Assembly (NCBI GenBank): GCA_028534125.1
Contig: CM052816.1
Coordinates: forward strand, 24,678,001-24,742,000
Length of the DNA: 64,000 nucleotides
Direction: 5' to 3'
From: Lama glama
Lineage: Eukaryota
Shown piece after piece: positions 23,141 to 37,599 of this stretch. The notes beneath the pieces are model-generated. The model worked only from the letters and a program-made list of their open reading frames with translations. It was not told where the DNA came from and did no database searches. A program made the translations under genes and the position numbers. How positions within the stretch are numbered: the stretch's first letter is position 1; each line of letters starts with the position of its first letter.

Positions 23141-24119
23141 TAGTTGACCTTTGAATAATGTGGGGGTTGGGGGCACCAAACCACTGCACAGTCTAAAATC
23201 CATGTATAACTCTTGATCCCCCCAAACTTAACTACTAATAGTCTACTGATGACCAGAAGCCTTACCAATAACATAAAAAATCAGTTAACACATATTTTGT
23301 ATGTTATATGTATTATATACTGTATTTGTATAATAAAGTAAGCTAGAGAAAAGAAAATGTTATTAAGAAAATTATAAAGAAGAGGAAATACATTTATAGT
23401 ACTGTACTGTACTTACTGATACCATAAGTTTACATCATCTGTTTACAAGATGAATCGTCTTGTCAGTTGGTACAACATCAATGTTGTCTTACATGATATA
23501 AAACACTGTAGATGTTTTGTGTATTTACCAACATTAGGCATCAAAAATGAAGAGGTAATGGGAAAAAGAAATTCCTATTTATTTACAGGTGTAATGATTC
23601 ATACCTTGATAATGAAGAAGCAGCAGTATGACTGCCCAGTATAATGGATAGGAATGCTTCACAGTAGCCTAGCCTATATGGTAATGAATGATGTGTTATA
23701 TGATTTTTATGGCATATAATATTACAGTCATATTCATAGTATTGGAAAAATTGTTACTTAAAAAAACCCCACATATTTGTGATGATAGGCTGATACACAA
23801 TTTCTCCAATTATGAGAGAGACATACTAAACAGTAATGTAATCATCTGAAAGCAAAGTTATAAAACAGTAAGGAAACTAACACATTATTAATTTTCTACA
23901 AAATATCACTTTATGTAAAGATAGACTAGTATCTACATATATTTTAGGCATTCATATGACATATGTTTTCTTACTTTTTTTGGTAGTTCTAGGCTATGAG
24001 TCATCTGAGTCTTTTCAAATTGTTGCAGATCTCCAAAAATTTTCCAGTGTATTTATTGAAAAAATTTGCATATAACTGGACCTGTGCAGTTCAAATCCCT
24101 GTTGTTCAAGAATCAACTG
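23141..24119. mobile_element. Tigger2-family (TcMar) non-autonomous DNA transposon
   Basis: TIRs tagttgacctttgaataa / gttgttcaagaatcaactg, flanked by TA on both sides. Internal aaacttaactactaatagtctactgatgaccagaagccttacc is typical of Tigger2/MER28. Confidence 0.88.
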
Positions 24120-24259
24120 TAATTCATATATTTATATTAGAAATGTGTGTTTAAATTTTTATTTTTACTGAACGATATGCTATAAATAAAGAAAGTCTGG
24201 AGATAATGTCCATACTTCATTTAACCAGCCTTTCATTAACAGATGTTTAAGTTTTTTCC

Positions 24260-24775
24260 TGTGGTGATTTTAAATATGTATACAAATTCTTCGACATTTG
24301 TTTTTTCAAAAGTTCGTGTCTAATCTCTGTCCCTTTAAGTGTGGTCCAGACTTGGTGATTCACTTCTAAAGAACAGAATATGGTGTGACTTCTGAGACTA
24401 AGTCATACAAGACACTGTGGCTTCGCCCTTTTCAGATTTCCTTCTATGTGGGACATCAGCTGGCATGTTGCAAGGACACACCATCAGCCCTGGAGAGGAA
24501 GTGAATCTCTCATTGAAAGCCAGCACCAGTGTGCGTGCCGCATGAGGGAGTCATCTTGGATGTGGATCCTTCAGCTCTAGCGAAGCCTTTGTATAATTGC
24601 AACCCCTTATGCAACCAACTTGCCTGAAGCCTCATAAAGAAACCTTGAGCTGAACTACCCTGTTGAAATTTCCTCAAATTCCTGACCTACAGAAACCATG
24701 TGAGATAATAAATGTTTACTCTGGTTTTAACCAGCTAAATTTTTAGGAATTTTGTTTTGCAGCACAACTAATGTG
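24260..24775 (+). mobile_element. MLT1F-like MaLR solo LTR
   Basis: Starts tgtggtgattttaaatatgtatacaaattcttcgaca. Ends aattcctgacctacagaaaccatgtgagataataaatg...gcagcacaactaat. Confidence 0.85.
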
Positions 24776-24821
24776 CTTCTTAATTTTTATTATTACAAAT
24801 ATTGCTGTAAAGAAATTTGTG

Positions 24822-25698
24822 TTTTCTCCAAAGAAGTCATACAGATGGCCAAACACATGAAAAGATGCTCAATATTGCTAATTATTAGAGAAATGGAAAT
24901 TGAAACTACAGTGAGGTATCTACTGCACACCAATTAGAATGCCTATCATTAAAAATTTGGCAAATAATAAATGCTAAAGAGGGCGTGGAAAAATGAATCC
25001 TCCTACACTGTTGGTAGGAATGTAAATTGGTGCAGCCACTATGGAGAATAGTATGGAGATTCCTTAAAAAACTAAAAATAGATTTACCATATGATCCAGC
25101 GATCCCACTCCTGGGCACATATCTGGAAAAACCTCTGACTCAAAAACATCCATGTGCTCCAGTGTTCATAGCAGCATTATTTACAATAGCCAAGACATGG
25201 AAGCAACCTAAATGTCCATCAACAGTTGGCTGGATAAGGAAGATGTGTATGTATACAGTGGAATACTACTCAGTCATAAAAAAGAATGAAATAATGCCAT
25301 TTGCAGCAACATGGATGGACCTAGAGATAATCATACTAAATGAAGTAAATCAGAGAAAGACAAATATTATATAACACTTATATGTGGAATTTAAAAATGA
25401 TATGAATAAACTTATTTACAAAATAGAAATAGACTCACAGACATAAAAAACAAGTTTATGATTATCAAAGGGGAAAGAGGACAGAGGGATAAATTAGGAG
25501 TTTGGGATTAGCATATACAGATTATTATATATAAAATACATAAACAACAAGGACCTACTGTATAGCATAGGGATCTATATTCAGTATCTAGGAATACTCT
25601 AATGGAAAAGAATCTGAAAAAGATGTATAACTACATCACTTTGCTGTACATATGAAACTAACACAACATTGTAAATTAACTATACTTCAATAAAAAAA
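24822..25698 (+). mobile_element. 5'-truncated L1 (ORF2 C-terminus and 3' UTR)
   Basis: [32 protein letters not shown]...PFAATWMDLE. Terminus aactatacttcaataaaaaaa. Confidence 0.92.
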
Positions 25699-25712
25699 CG
25701 CTTGAAAATTTA

Positions 25713-25731
25713 TGTGTGTGTGTGTGTGTGT
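25713..25731. repeat. (TG)n microsatellite
   Basis: About 9 TG units directly after the L1 tail. Confidence 0.9.
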
Positions 25732-28700
25732 ATTTATATCTTGGCACTCTTGTATGAATGTATCTGTGGGATATATTTCTGGATATAGAATTATTGAGTC
25801 AAGGGATTTGTATCCCAAACATTTTGATATATTTTGACACATTATATCTCCAAAAGTGAATAAATGTATGCCTACTTTTGTCCACTTAATACTGAATATT
25901 AAGTATTTTCAATTTTTGCCAAATTGATAGATGTTAGTTTTAATTTTCATCTCTTTGTTAGGTTGAATATTTAACTCTTTGCTTCTTTGTAGATCACACG
26001 TTTTACTTATTAATCATTTTGTTTCTTAACCTTTTTATTGTTGATTTGTAAGTTCTCTTTGTAGTCAGAAAATCCAATTTTTACTATAGTGCTGCAAATC
26101 ATTTTTCTAAGTTTTCTTTAAACTTAGTGTGTATTAAACTAGTTTTCTGTACAAATTTAATTTTTATCAAATAGGTGACCAAATTATTTTTTAATTTATG
26201 GCTTCTGGAGTTGTAACGTGTTTGGAAAGGCCTTCTCCATTCCCTACTATATTAAATCCATGGGTTTGTCTGGTACTTCTTTTTTTTTTTTTTGAAGTAT
26301 TTAAATATGTGATCCATTGGAATTAACTTGGAATAAATAGTAAGGTTCCAGTCTAGCTTACAGTTTTTTTCTCTTTTAAATATTTAATAAGTTGTCCCAA
26401 CATTTTTTCTGGTCTAGAATTTTATAATGGAAATATCTCCTTATCAGAGGATAAATGAACAGTATTTCCATTGACTAAAAACTAGAGACCACTAATAAAG
26501 TAGAATATTTTCTAGGCTTCTAAAAATGTAGAACAATATTTGAGCTAAAGAAAAGAAAAAGGGCCTTTTTTCCCTCTCTCTCTCTCTCCTTTCTTTCTTT
26601 CCAAGGTGAAATAGGACTTCGAATCAGGTAAATCGTAGAAAATCATACTGCTTTACAAATAAAGAATTGCAGAATTTTATTTAAATTATAAATGTAACTA
26701 TAAATGTAATTTCCTTTCTTAATGTATCTTTCAAGCATGATTTTATTTTTTAACGGTGTTGTACATTGTAATGGAAGCTTCAGGCTCTCTTTAAGTCCCT
26801 ACTTGAACATTTGAGGTTGTTTCTAACTTTTTCCCCCTAATCCGGATAAAATGCTAAAGTGAACAAGATGGTGCATTTATTATTTCCTTTGGGAGAATTT
26901 TTCTTCATTTCAATGCTCACTCAATGAGCATAACAGTTTCAATGGGTCAGTACCCTGACATATGGCCAGAAAACAGTAAAAGAATATGGTTTGATCTTGT
27001 AAGTGGTTTCTACCATGCTTGGGGAGTCTCTCAAATGATCTATATGTGCATATAGTCACAAACCAAGATTTTTACTTCCTTTTTCTTTATTTTCTTAAAA
27101 GTAAATCATTTTGGGGGGAAATAGGATAGTTTCTAAGATGTTTTTATGGTCCTCATAATATCTATTCAGAAAAGTAGAAAAAACTGAATCCTGTTAATTT
27201 ATTATGAATGACAAGAGAACTAATAAAAATAGAATAATATCTTTTGTTCTTTGTTCTGTTATTTTGTTCTATGATTTTAGGTAGCTATATTCACCCTAGG
27301 AAATCTTTTTGATACTTTTGCAATCTGAGATATAGAATAAACCATTTATATCTTTCCCTGTTTCAGAACCCTGAAGCCTATATTTGAAATTTGGGATAAG
27401 CAATTTCTGCAACAGCAATGTTTCTTTTCTTTTTTTTTCTTTTTTCTGGGCTATTATATTGAAAGCTGACTTTTCTCTGTCCTCAGAAGTATTGCTGCTA
27501 AACTTTATGAATTAAATTTAATACTACAAGCCAAAATATCTGTGTTTTCCCACTTTCTGCAACCATAAAAATAATACTAGTAGAAATTACTTTGTGAGTC
27601 AAGCCTTAGGCTCCGAATGTCACTGGGTTTCTCCAACCTGGAGATTTTTCGTTTTCAATTAGACTGAAGCATAGATACAATACAGGTGGAAGAGCTTATT
27701 CAAAAGTAAGAAATGTAAGTACAACTTTTCTCTTCAAGCTAGAAGACTGTCTGCTGAGCTCTTCTGTTAGCATTGCTTTATACAAGAAGTTGGAAAGTCT
27801 CTTTGTTTTTCTGTTTTTTGAAAAAAAATAGTTTAAATTTAAATATATCCTATGTATTCTATAAGGCATTGAAATCTCTGTGCACTGTTATGGTGTCCAA
27901 CCTATCAAATCTCTTATTGTGCAAAAGCCTTGAGCTTCCTTTTGCTATTTATCTTACTGCTGGTGCACGTATGATGTAGGGGATGGAATTTCAATTTACT
28001 TCTCTTACATTCAAATCTGTTTCATTAAGTGGGAAAATTCACCCCAGGGAAGAACTCCTCACAAAGAATGCAAATATTCGTAGCTTAAAAAAGCTTTGAA
28101 TTCTTCTTATGTGTGATGGTACATATGTGGGAATAGTAATGATCATTTTCTGCATTTTTCATTACCAGTACTCTGGCCTTGAAGTTAAGAAATTTAGTAA
28201 GCTTAGTATGTTTAATAAGCAAGTAAATTTAGTAAGAAGGCTCAGATGTGAGGACATTGGTCAAGGTAGATTAAACAGTGGTTTTATGATTAAGTCAGAG
28301 GACAGTAATGCTAATTGAGTCTTGATATTGCTAATTGAGAAAATTTGGACTGTATCAGGAAAGATTTTTTTTTTCCTGTGGCTATAATCTGATATACAGA
28401 TTTTATGTATTTTTCTAAAGGGAAATTCATTATACATATTTTTAAAAGGGGGGATTTACCCATCAGTTTGGTTTTTTTTTTAACCCATCAGTTTTGACTC
28501 AAGATACTAAACAAGAAAACCATTTTCAATTGACAAAAGTGGAGAACTGCATTTTTTTTGCCCTCAAATAATTTTTGTCCATTTGATGAACAAAATAAAA
28601 AAATTAACTTACCAAAATAACACTTGAAAAAAATGGATTGTTTCACAAGATATTTGGTCAAATTTTTGTTTAAAATATTGAAGCCTACTAATCCTCCCTA

Positions 28701-29592
28701 TGCGAATCAATGTAAGTTTGTTTGAGTTATTTCCTTTGTTGATGCTGATCACATTAAGGTTCATATATATACGTTTACTAGAAGTAAAATTTTAAAATAT
28801 CGCAACAAGATAAACTTGTAGTAAGTTCAGAGTTTCCATTAAGAAATGTCTCTCTTGAAAAATGGTTCCAACTTGCTGTTTAATTTTGATGGTTTTAGAC
28901 AGATAGAGCCATACTCGCTGAACATACCTCACAGAAGCACATAGGTATTACTGAATTGTCAGTACTTTGAGATGGATTACAAAACAAGTTAGAATGCTGC
29001 CCCAATTTGGAGCCATCTCTTGGTTGTGGGCAAAATGTTTTTGTCTATTCTGTGTCAGTGTGGAGTGGATATAAGGGTCAACTTCTACTTTACACTCTGA
29101 GGCAAACTACATCTCATAAACAGAGGGCTAAATTAGGGGGTAATATCTAATTATAGATTAAATATTGTTTGATGACAGAGAAGTACATTTGGATTAGTCT
29201 TTTGATTCTCTTGTATTCTGAAACTTCTTCATCCTTTTATTATTTATTTTATTATTATTTTTTTATTTTTAAAGAACCAAAATTAGCTGTAGCTCAATGA
29301 ATTGAGCCACACTGGATTTCAGTAGGTTCCTAAAACCACTCTATCCCAGCCCTGTGGAATGGATCTTCTGTTGCCCACTCAAAGTGGGGTCTTGCTTTGT
29401 GCACCTGGGGTGAACATGGGGTCTGTACTCCCCATGGGGTAGGCCTGTGTTCTGTGTCCTGTAAAAGATTCTCCTTCTTCCCTTCTCACAGGTGGACAGA
29501 GATATTTTTGGATAAGCAGCTGCCACCTTTAATAGGAGAACCTGGTTTGAGCCACCTGTCTTGTATGGGATATATCTAAAACCAATCCCATG

Positions 29593-29764
29593 TTAGATAA
29601 ACAAGTTTATACTGTATAGCACAAGGAACTATATTCAATATCTTGTAGTAGCCTATAATGAAAAAGAATATGAAAATGAATATATGTATGTTCCTATATG
29701 ACTGAAGTATTGTTGTGTACACCAGAAATTGGCAACATTGTAAACTGACTATACTTCAAATTGA
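29593..29764 (+). mobile_element. Short lineage-specific L1 3'-end insertion with TSD
   Basis: Closely similar to 62378-62540. TSD aaaaccaatcccatg (29578-29592) / aaaacaaatcccatg (29765-29779). Confidence 0.9.
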
Positions 29765-31679
29765 AAAACAAATCCCATGAGACCATTGAAGCCCTAGTCT
29801 CAGTGTCCCAAACTGGATTCAAATTCCTTTGAGCCATGAGGCTTAAGTATCTATTACTGAGTTCCTCTCTATTTCTAAACCATAGAAATTTAATTTTCTT
29901 GTCTTCAACTACAAATATGTATGTTTATATATCTATATTTATATCCATTGTATTCAATCTATTATTTTAAGTCTTAGCTTAAAGGAATGGAGAGACTTTA
30001 ATATGCTCTGCATAAAGCCATCTTGATCTGGATACTTGCTTTCAATATTGGCAAAATGAGTTCCATTTTCCTGTAGTGCAGTTTACTTGTTAGATTTTTA
30101 AAAAGGCTTCTTCTGATACAGGAGAACTTCTTAGGAGGCATAGAATATAACATTTAGATAATAAAATAAATCAGTTTTTCTCTAGAGACAGTCCTGTTCC
30201 CCATGTCCTCTTAGTGTTGAAATTTTACTTGGCCACAACTGCTGGCTTCAGTAACTATTACCTGGCTGTTTCCAGGTTAGGTTTGAGCAATTGTAGTGGC
30301 CCCCAAGCTGCCTGATGTGCATGTGTATATCACAAAATACTCAGTAGAAAGAGGTGAGCACTAGGACAGAGTATTTATATTTTTCATTAGAGGGAATTAA
30401 TTCACTGGGAGTGGGACCAATTTACATTTTACCCATTATGTAAAGGGTTTCATGTGGAAACATGAGCTAATTGGCACCATATTTTTGATGTCTTCCAGCC
30501 GTGTTTGAGGGTCCTTCATAGACTGGATCCCAAGCAGCTGCCCTGTGACCCATCTTTTAAATCTGCCTCCACTTTCTTCTTCTGGTTTTAAGTCATTTTG
30601 CTATGAAGCCTACAGTTTAATGAAAGGAAAATACCATCAATAACTTTTGCCAAAATGGATATGAAGAGTCTTTGAACTGCTGGACTGTCCTTGTGTTTTT
30701 TTTTTTTTCTGGGTAGCAGTTGGTATAATGCAATCTTTTCATTCTATTAATAATATATTATGCATGGTCACATCCCTGGTTAATTAGACTTACAGTTTTC
30801 AATTAACAGCATTTTTGATGATACATTATTATCCTTATTAGTGAGGTCGTAGACTATATTATAACAAAGACTGAAGACTCTATTGTCAGCATAATCTTGA
30901 AAGAACCATTTAACTTTATGAAATGTATCTGGCGAAGGGTCTTCATACTTTATTTGATGTATAATTTGACCCCCATAAAGAACCGAATGATTCTCTTTTC
31001 CCTCCCCTTCTTAGAATAAAATGTCCAGCACTTCAGATGGTATGAATATTTCTCTCAGCTAAAATGAATAACATTGCCAGAAAATGAAATCTGAATTTTA
31101 AAAAATTGAAGTAGTGAAGCAGTCAGATATTCTTATCCGGCAATTTATCATGTCTTTGGATGAAATTTATAGTTCTATGTGAAACTGATTAACTCCATTA
31201 GATTTTAATTATTGTTCCAAAATCAATACTCTTACGAGCTTCAGGCAATTCCATTCATTCATCTGAATAAAGAGGTGGATTTGGGGTGGGCATATTCTTT
31301 TAGTTGACATTAAGACACTCTATTTAGTTTAAATTGTTGTAGTTCATTTTTTTCTCTACTGTTCAGGTACAAAGAAGTCAAAACCTAAAAGAATCAGAGG
31401 AGATTTGTGATAGGTTTTTATCTAAACTGCCCAGCAGCTATGGAATGATTGATTTTGTCTCCTTTTGTCCTCCCAACTTGACAGGCTATAGTGTGATCTG
31501 ATACTCTGAGAGATTTGCCAGTGGCCTGTGTGATGTGGTAGGGAGGACCAAGTCAGGAGTGGGTACTTCTCTCCAGCTCAGCTTTCTTCATCCTTACTTT
31601 TAAATGAGACAGTCAAGTTTAGGGAGAGTGATCAGCTCCACCATTGCTCTTCCAAGTGTTTCTCAAAACCACCATTCTG

Positions 31680-33830
31680 GTATCTCTCACCATTCTATCT
31701 GACTTCTTTTGACTTTGTTTGCGTTTGAACTATATATAAATTGAATCATAACATGCATTCTTTTGTATCTTGCTTTTTCCCACCAGTATTGTGTCTTTGA
31801 GATTCGTACTGCTGTCTAGTAGTAGTAGTGGCTATTATTTTCATTGCTGAATAGCAGAGGTTGACAAATTTTTTTCTGTAAAGGTCCGGACAATAAACAT
31901 TTTCAGCTTTGTGGGCTGTAGGGTCTATGTTGCAACTCCTGAACTCTGCCGGTGCAGTGCAAAGGTAGCTGTAGACAATACTGTAAATGGACATGGCTGA
32001 ATTTCACTCACAAGCTGTAGCTGGCTGGCCTCTGCTGTATTATTAAGACTATACCACAATTTATCCATTCCACTGTTTATGGATGTTTGGGTTGTTTTGG
32101 CTTTGGGAAATTATGCTTAAGGCTGCTGTGAACATTCTTATATATGTCTTCTGTGCACATTTTAATGCTTTTTATGTTGTAGAATTGGTGGATAAAAGGG
32201 ACACACACGTTCAGCTTTGGCAGAGATTTACAGAATGTTTTCCGAAGTGATTTTACTGGCTCACACTCTTATTGATAGTGTTCTGATGATTTCAGTTTTT
32301 ACTAACACTAGGTATTGTCATTAAAAATGTAGTTATGTTGTGGTATTTCATTTTCCTTATGATGAATAACACTAAACATCTTTTCATATGCTCAATAGGC
32401 AATTTGGATTTTTTTTCCAAAATACTCATTCAGGACTTTCTGTCCAATTTTTGAAAATTGGGTTGTGTCCTTTTTTCTTATGGATTTGTAATATTTCTTT
32501 ATATATTTTGGAAATGAGCTGTTTGTTGTAAATATATATTTGCACATGTCTTCCTATTTGGTTACTTGACTCTTTCACTCTTATAATGTTACGTTTTTAA
32601 ATACAGACTTTCTTAAGTGTGATGAAGTCCAATTTATCAACATTTTTCTTTATGGTTAGCTCCTTCTGTGCCCTATATAAGAAATCTTTGTTTATACTAA
32701 GATAGTAAATTTATTCTCTTGTGTTAACTTTTAGAAGCTTTGTTATCTGTCTTTCATACTCAGATCTATGATTTAAATGGAACTTATTTTTTTGTGTGTA
32801 TATGGTATAAGGTAGGGGTCAACCATATCTTTTTTTACGTATGGATACCCAATGATCTAACATCATTTGTTCAAAAGACTGTTTAAATTATTTACAATGC
32901 ACTGGCACTTTTGTGACCAAATACGTGTGCATTGGTTTCTGAACTCAGTTTTGTTACTCTTTCTATCCTTGTGTCAATAATGTACTATTTTAATTGTTAT
33001 AATTTTATAGTTAGTCTTTATATCTCCTAGGATATAAGTCCTCCAACACTATTCCTCTTCTCTAGAATTGTCTTTGCTACTCTTGGCTCTTTGCTTCTCC
33101 ATATACATTTTAAAACACCTTAATACATTTCCACAAAATGTCTTTCTGAAATTTTGATTCTTATTGCATTGAATCTTTAGATAAATCTGGGGACAAATGA
33201 CATCTTTACAACATTGAGACACTAATCTATGAATATTATGTGGTTAATAATCTCCTTTTATTATTAACTATCTGTTTTATCTGTAGGAATATCTCCTATT
33301 TCATTTCTCATGTTGGTAATTTGTGCCTTCAGTATTCCTTGTGTTCCATTCTTTCCCCTCTCCTTCTGAGATTCTAATTATACATATATTAGAACATTTA
33401 CTCATGTGTTACTCAGTATCTTTTGCTCTTTCCTGTATTTTCCTCCCATTTTTCTGTTCATGACTCAATCTGGATATCTGTACAGACCTATCTTCCAGTT
33501 TATCCGTGATCTTTCTTGCTTTTTTCTTTTAATCTTGCTCTTTTTAATATGCTATTAAATTCATCTATGGAATTCTTAAATTCTGTTATCAATCATTCAG
33601 TCAATCAGTCTTCTTCAGGGTACTGCTGCCAGTTCTAGGCCACTGCTTTTGTTTTGGCTCTTGTGCAGTGAGGGGAGAAAGTAGAGGCTGATGGCCAGAC
33701 TACCTCCAGTGCACATGCGCATTTAGTTTTCTGTCTGGGACTTAGTCCTTCAAGCTCTGGCTAGCTTATTTGATCTCTTCTGACTCCAAGTATCTGTTTT
33801 GTGTATTTTATCCATCTTTTATACTTGTTT
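31680..33830 (-). mobile_element. Old L1ME-type element (several joined fragments)
   Basis: ataccacaatttatccattccactgtttatggatgtttgggttg ... gatgaagtccaatttatcaa ... attgcattgaatctttagataaatctggggacaaatgacatctttacaacattgag. Confidence 0.8.
31855..32034 (-). mobile_element. MER58A nested in L1ME
   Basis: cagaggttgacaaatttttttctgtaaaggtccggacaataaacattttcagctttgtgggc...gctgtagacaatac. Confidence 0.85.
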
Positions 33831-34164
33831 TCTATTGGCGGGTTAGTCTGATACAAATTACTTTGACATATTAAACCATGTAGTTTTAAAACTAAGTTTT
33901 TGTTTTGATTTTTTTTATTGGATTTGGCCAATTCAACTGGTAGAATATAAACCAAATCCAATTTACCATATTTAAAAGAAATTTTCCTCTTTTTTCCCCT
34001 TCTGTTATAGACATACTACTGGAAGATTTTTAGGTAGATAAGAGGTTTTCCAGGTTTTGGACTTGTCATTCCTGGTTGAGAAGATGTCTGTTTTACAGTA
34101 ATTCAGCTGTCTCTTCTTACTTTCTACTCATTTTATAAGTTTAAGTCCACACTTTGAGTGACGA

Positions 34165-34390
34165 TAACTAATAACAGGCAATGCTTATCGTTTACAAACT
34201 TCATTGTAATACATTATTTCATTTAGTCCTCACAAAAAGAATATCCTGTGAAGTAGGTGTCATCATTACCTCTCGGTAGCAGTTAGGCAAATTCAGACTT
34301 GGATAGCTTAGCAGCTTTGCTCCCAATCATATTGTCAGTGGGTGGCAGATTAGGGGTGAAATCCTATCATCCACAGCATACTTTCCTCAT
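34165..34390 (-). mobile_element. MIR
   Basis: acattatttcatttagtcctcacaa...cctgtgaagtaggtgtcatcattacc...gtggcagattaggg. Confidence 0.65.
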
Positions 34391-36554
34391 CCTGTTCTTA
34401 CTCTAAGAATGACCTGGCAATTGGCTGGAAAACAAAACTACAAATACAATTAAAACAGTGTTTACTCTCAAGGAGTTCCCAGTTTAGTGCATTATATTGC
34501 ATTGCTTCCCAAGAAGTAGTGTTATTTTTCAAAAATGCCAAAGCTAAAATATCCTCAAGCTTTAGCAGAATCTGGAAAATAAAGATATGAATAGAATAGA
34601 AAAGGCTATTAATCAAATTTGGAAAGTTTGTGGAAGGCAGAGCCAGGATTTTGCTCTACTTACATTTTTATAGAATAATGATGCCCAGTTTGGCTTCAGG
34701 GGAAATAGGACCAGAAATGCACATTTCACCTGAGAATCCTCTTCTGTACAACTCTTAGCAATTTAGGGAAACCTATGTCACCCTGACATTTTTCAATTTC
34801 TTTAATGCTTACATGTCTTTTCCTTTAATTTATGTGCCTTGGGAAAAAAATACATGTATTTAACTGAGCATTAGAGTCTCGGTGCTTTCATCAGGTGAGA
34901 TGCATCCCAGAAAAGTACAGACAAGGTTAGAAATGGATCCAGGCTTTGACCACAAGAGACTTGCTCACATGCATCTGCAGAGTGACACGAGACTTGTCTG
35001 TGTCTCCCTGGGGAGACTTTGTCTCCCGAGTGTGTTTGGAAGCATGTGGTCCTGCTTTCAGTTGTCACAATGATCTGGATGGGGCTACTGCTGACATTTA
35101 GTTCCCCCGGGGCCTTGCAGTGGAGGGACTTAAATGCCATATTAAAGAGTTTTGTATTTTATTGTGCCAGCAATGGTGAGTAATTGGAAGCTGAAATGAT
35201 TGTTCGGAAAAGATTAACCAGGTGGTGACTTTCAGAGGTAGAGGCTGGAGGCCAGGCACTAGGTTAAAGGTCTTATAAAAGCTGACACAAGCAGAAACCA
35301 AGAGTTGTGTTAGAATATGTGAATGGAGAGGGAGTGTTGGCTACATCTTCAAATCTATCTGACAGCATTTGTGAGGGGAATAAAAGGGGTTTGTTCTGTA
35401 TTTTGGGGCATGAAAGGGGGGAGGAGTGAAGCACAGAGACAGAGGAGAAACTTGGCTAACAACAGCCTCATGGAAATGGAGGAAGTCTTCACTCCAGCCC
35501 CACCTGGTCCATTTAATGCTCATTAGGCTCTTGCTTTGACTGTACATGGAGGCATTCTATCCTTTAATCAGTGCTTAAAACCGATCCAAATATTATTCAA
35601 ATGCCTTCTTTCCCCAGGCCAAAATAAACTGAAAATTGGTTCTCAATGAAGGAGTGAAACCTATTAGTCGCTCCTCTGTAAGCAGAAATGTAACAGAGCT
35701 ACTCAGAGAAGACAAAAGGATGGTTCAGAAAGTCTTGGGAACTAACTTGGAGTTCAGATATCTCAAGTTGAAATATAAAAATCCTACATTTTTTTTTTTG
35801 GCTACCTATATGACTTCTGTGTGAGTGCTGGCAATTCAGTGAACAGGGGATGAAATGTAGTAATTTGGCAACTGTATTTCTTCTCTCAGAGATTCTAGAC
35901 AGGCTGTCCTCTAGGTAGTAATTTCTTCCTATCTGCTTTTTTCATTGACACACTTTGCACACCCAACTTTAGTACCTTAATCAACCAAAAAGAAAAAGTC
36001 CTAAATGTACAAGTGAAAGAAATCCAAATGGCTGACACAGACTTAACTAATATCAGCTACTTTTATGTACATCTATGTAAGTTCAGTAAAGCTACCCTAT
36101 ATGTATACAAAACAGTTGTTTATACGCAGGTCTGCCCATGAGGGTCTGTTCACTTATTTCTTTGGAATCCTAGATGCAGCCTCTTGGTGAAGACACCAGT
36201 ACTTAATTCGCATATCTTGTGAAAACAAACAACAAAATACACAAAAAACCCCACAACCTCTTTCCAGGATTGACAACAATGTGCATCCTGTATTCAGAAC
36301 ATGTAATCTCCACACGATTGACTAAAATCCTCCCATCATAATGCAGACTACACCTGTGCCTGGCCATGCCCCACTCCTCAACTGCTAAACAGCTTCACAC
36401 AGAGGGCTCCAAGGTAAAAGTCCATAAACCAAGCTGAGATGAGAAAGCAGAGTCCTGACCAGGTTGCCACTGCAGGTCCAGGCTTAGGGGAGCCTGCCTG
36501 CTCTGCTCACTGTCAGTTTTCCAACCCAGCTACATTGATGATTTTGGTGAGCAT

Positions 36555-36665
36555 GGAGGGCAGGGCTGTTGTAGCACATGTCAATCATTCTGTACCCCTA
36601 GTGTCTGTCCTTGTGCCTCGCTCATAGTAGGTACTCAGCAAACATTTATTGATTGAATTGATGGG
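36555..36665 (+). mobile_element. L2 3' end
   Basis: gagggcagggc...gtgcctcgctcatagtaggtactcagcaaacatttattgattgaattgat. Confidence 0.7.
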
Positions 36666-37599
36666 AGTTGTCAAATATATCCAGAAGAAATAGCTTCATT
36701 TTAGAATATAGTATTTTTTATTTATGAGCTAATATGTTTCCAATTCAGCCACACAAACATCTCTCAGTTACATAAAATAATCTCTTATTTTAAGCTGGAT
36801 TTTTTTTAAATGGGTGTGTTACAGCAGTGCACAGCTTCTAGCAATTTAAAGTCAGTATTTGTGGCATAGGAAGCCTTAACATCCTGCCAGAGGCTGGGGC
36901 TCACTGTATTTGAGTTTAAAAAAATATTTCTTAGAGAAGTAGAATATACACAAATGCCTTGTGTGAATTCCAACAGAATGTGTGTGGAACTGGGACCATA
37001 GCCGCACAACAGAAGCCCTCCGTTTGTGTATTGGTCCATTTATAATTGTGAAGCTCTCCATTTGCTTAGCGTATGTGCATAGGTATATCTGGGTGTATGG
37101 TAAGATGTGTTCGCGTTTGCACACATGGTCAACGTGGCTTAATAATAATTTTGGAAATTCTTTATTTCTATTATTCTGTTGTTATTAGCTTACAATATTA
37201 TCACGAATTCCTAACCTTGTGTTTAATGTCTACAGTAGAAATTCTAAACACAAACTGAGTTTCAGCACATTACAGAAAGCATCATTTTGGCTTTCTGTCA
37301 ATTTTCCTTCCTTGTGGTTTGCAGTTAAGGTCTGGAGCAGGCAGTGCCTGGGATGTAAACAGCCAGGATGTAGTGGTAGGGGTTGAGGGTGGGGACTCAG
37401 GTCCTGTTCTGGGCTTAGTGTCATTGAGAGGTCAGTGCACTTTGATGATACCTCTGAATGATTTTTGCCCCAAGGAGGTAGACTTGCTCCTGAAGTTTTG
37501 ATTTACAACAGTGTTACTAAGAACAGAGCTCTGCTTTAACTTTGCCTGGTTCTGCATAATTTTAGGACATTGATTGTTCAGCTCCTGGGAAATGTATGT

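Noticed and set aside
25027..25374. L1-derived ORFs (also 21570, 47406, 49617, 61121-62284) as functional genes
   Set aside because: Truncated, frameshifted ORF2 remnants with no promoter or complete RT.
26575..26633. 22-nt micro-exon after a CT-rich tract
   Set aside because: AAG acceptor, frame-shifting length, and the tract is a simple repeat.
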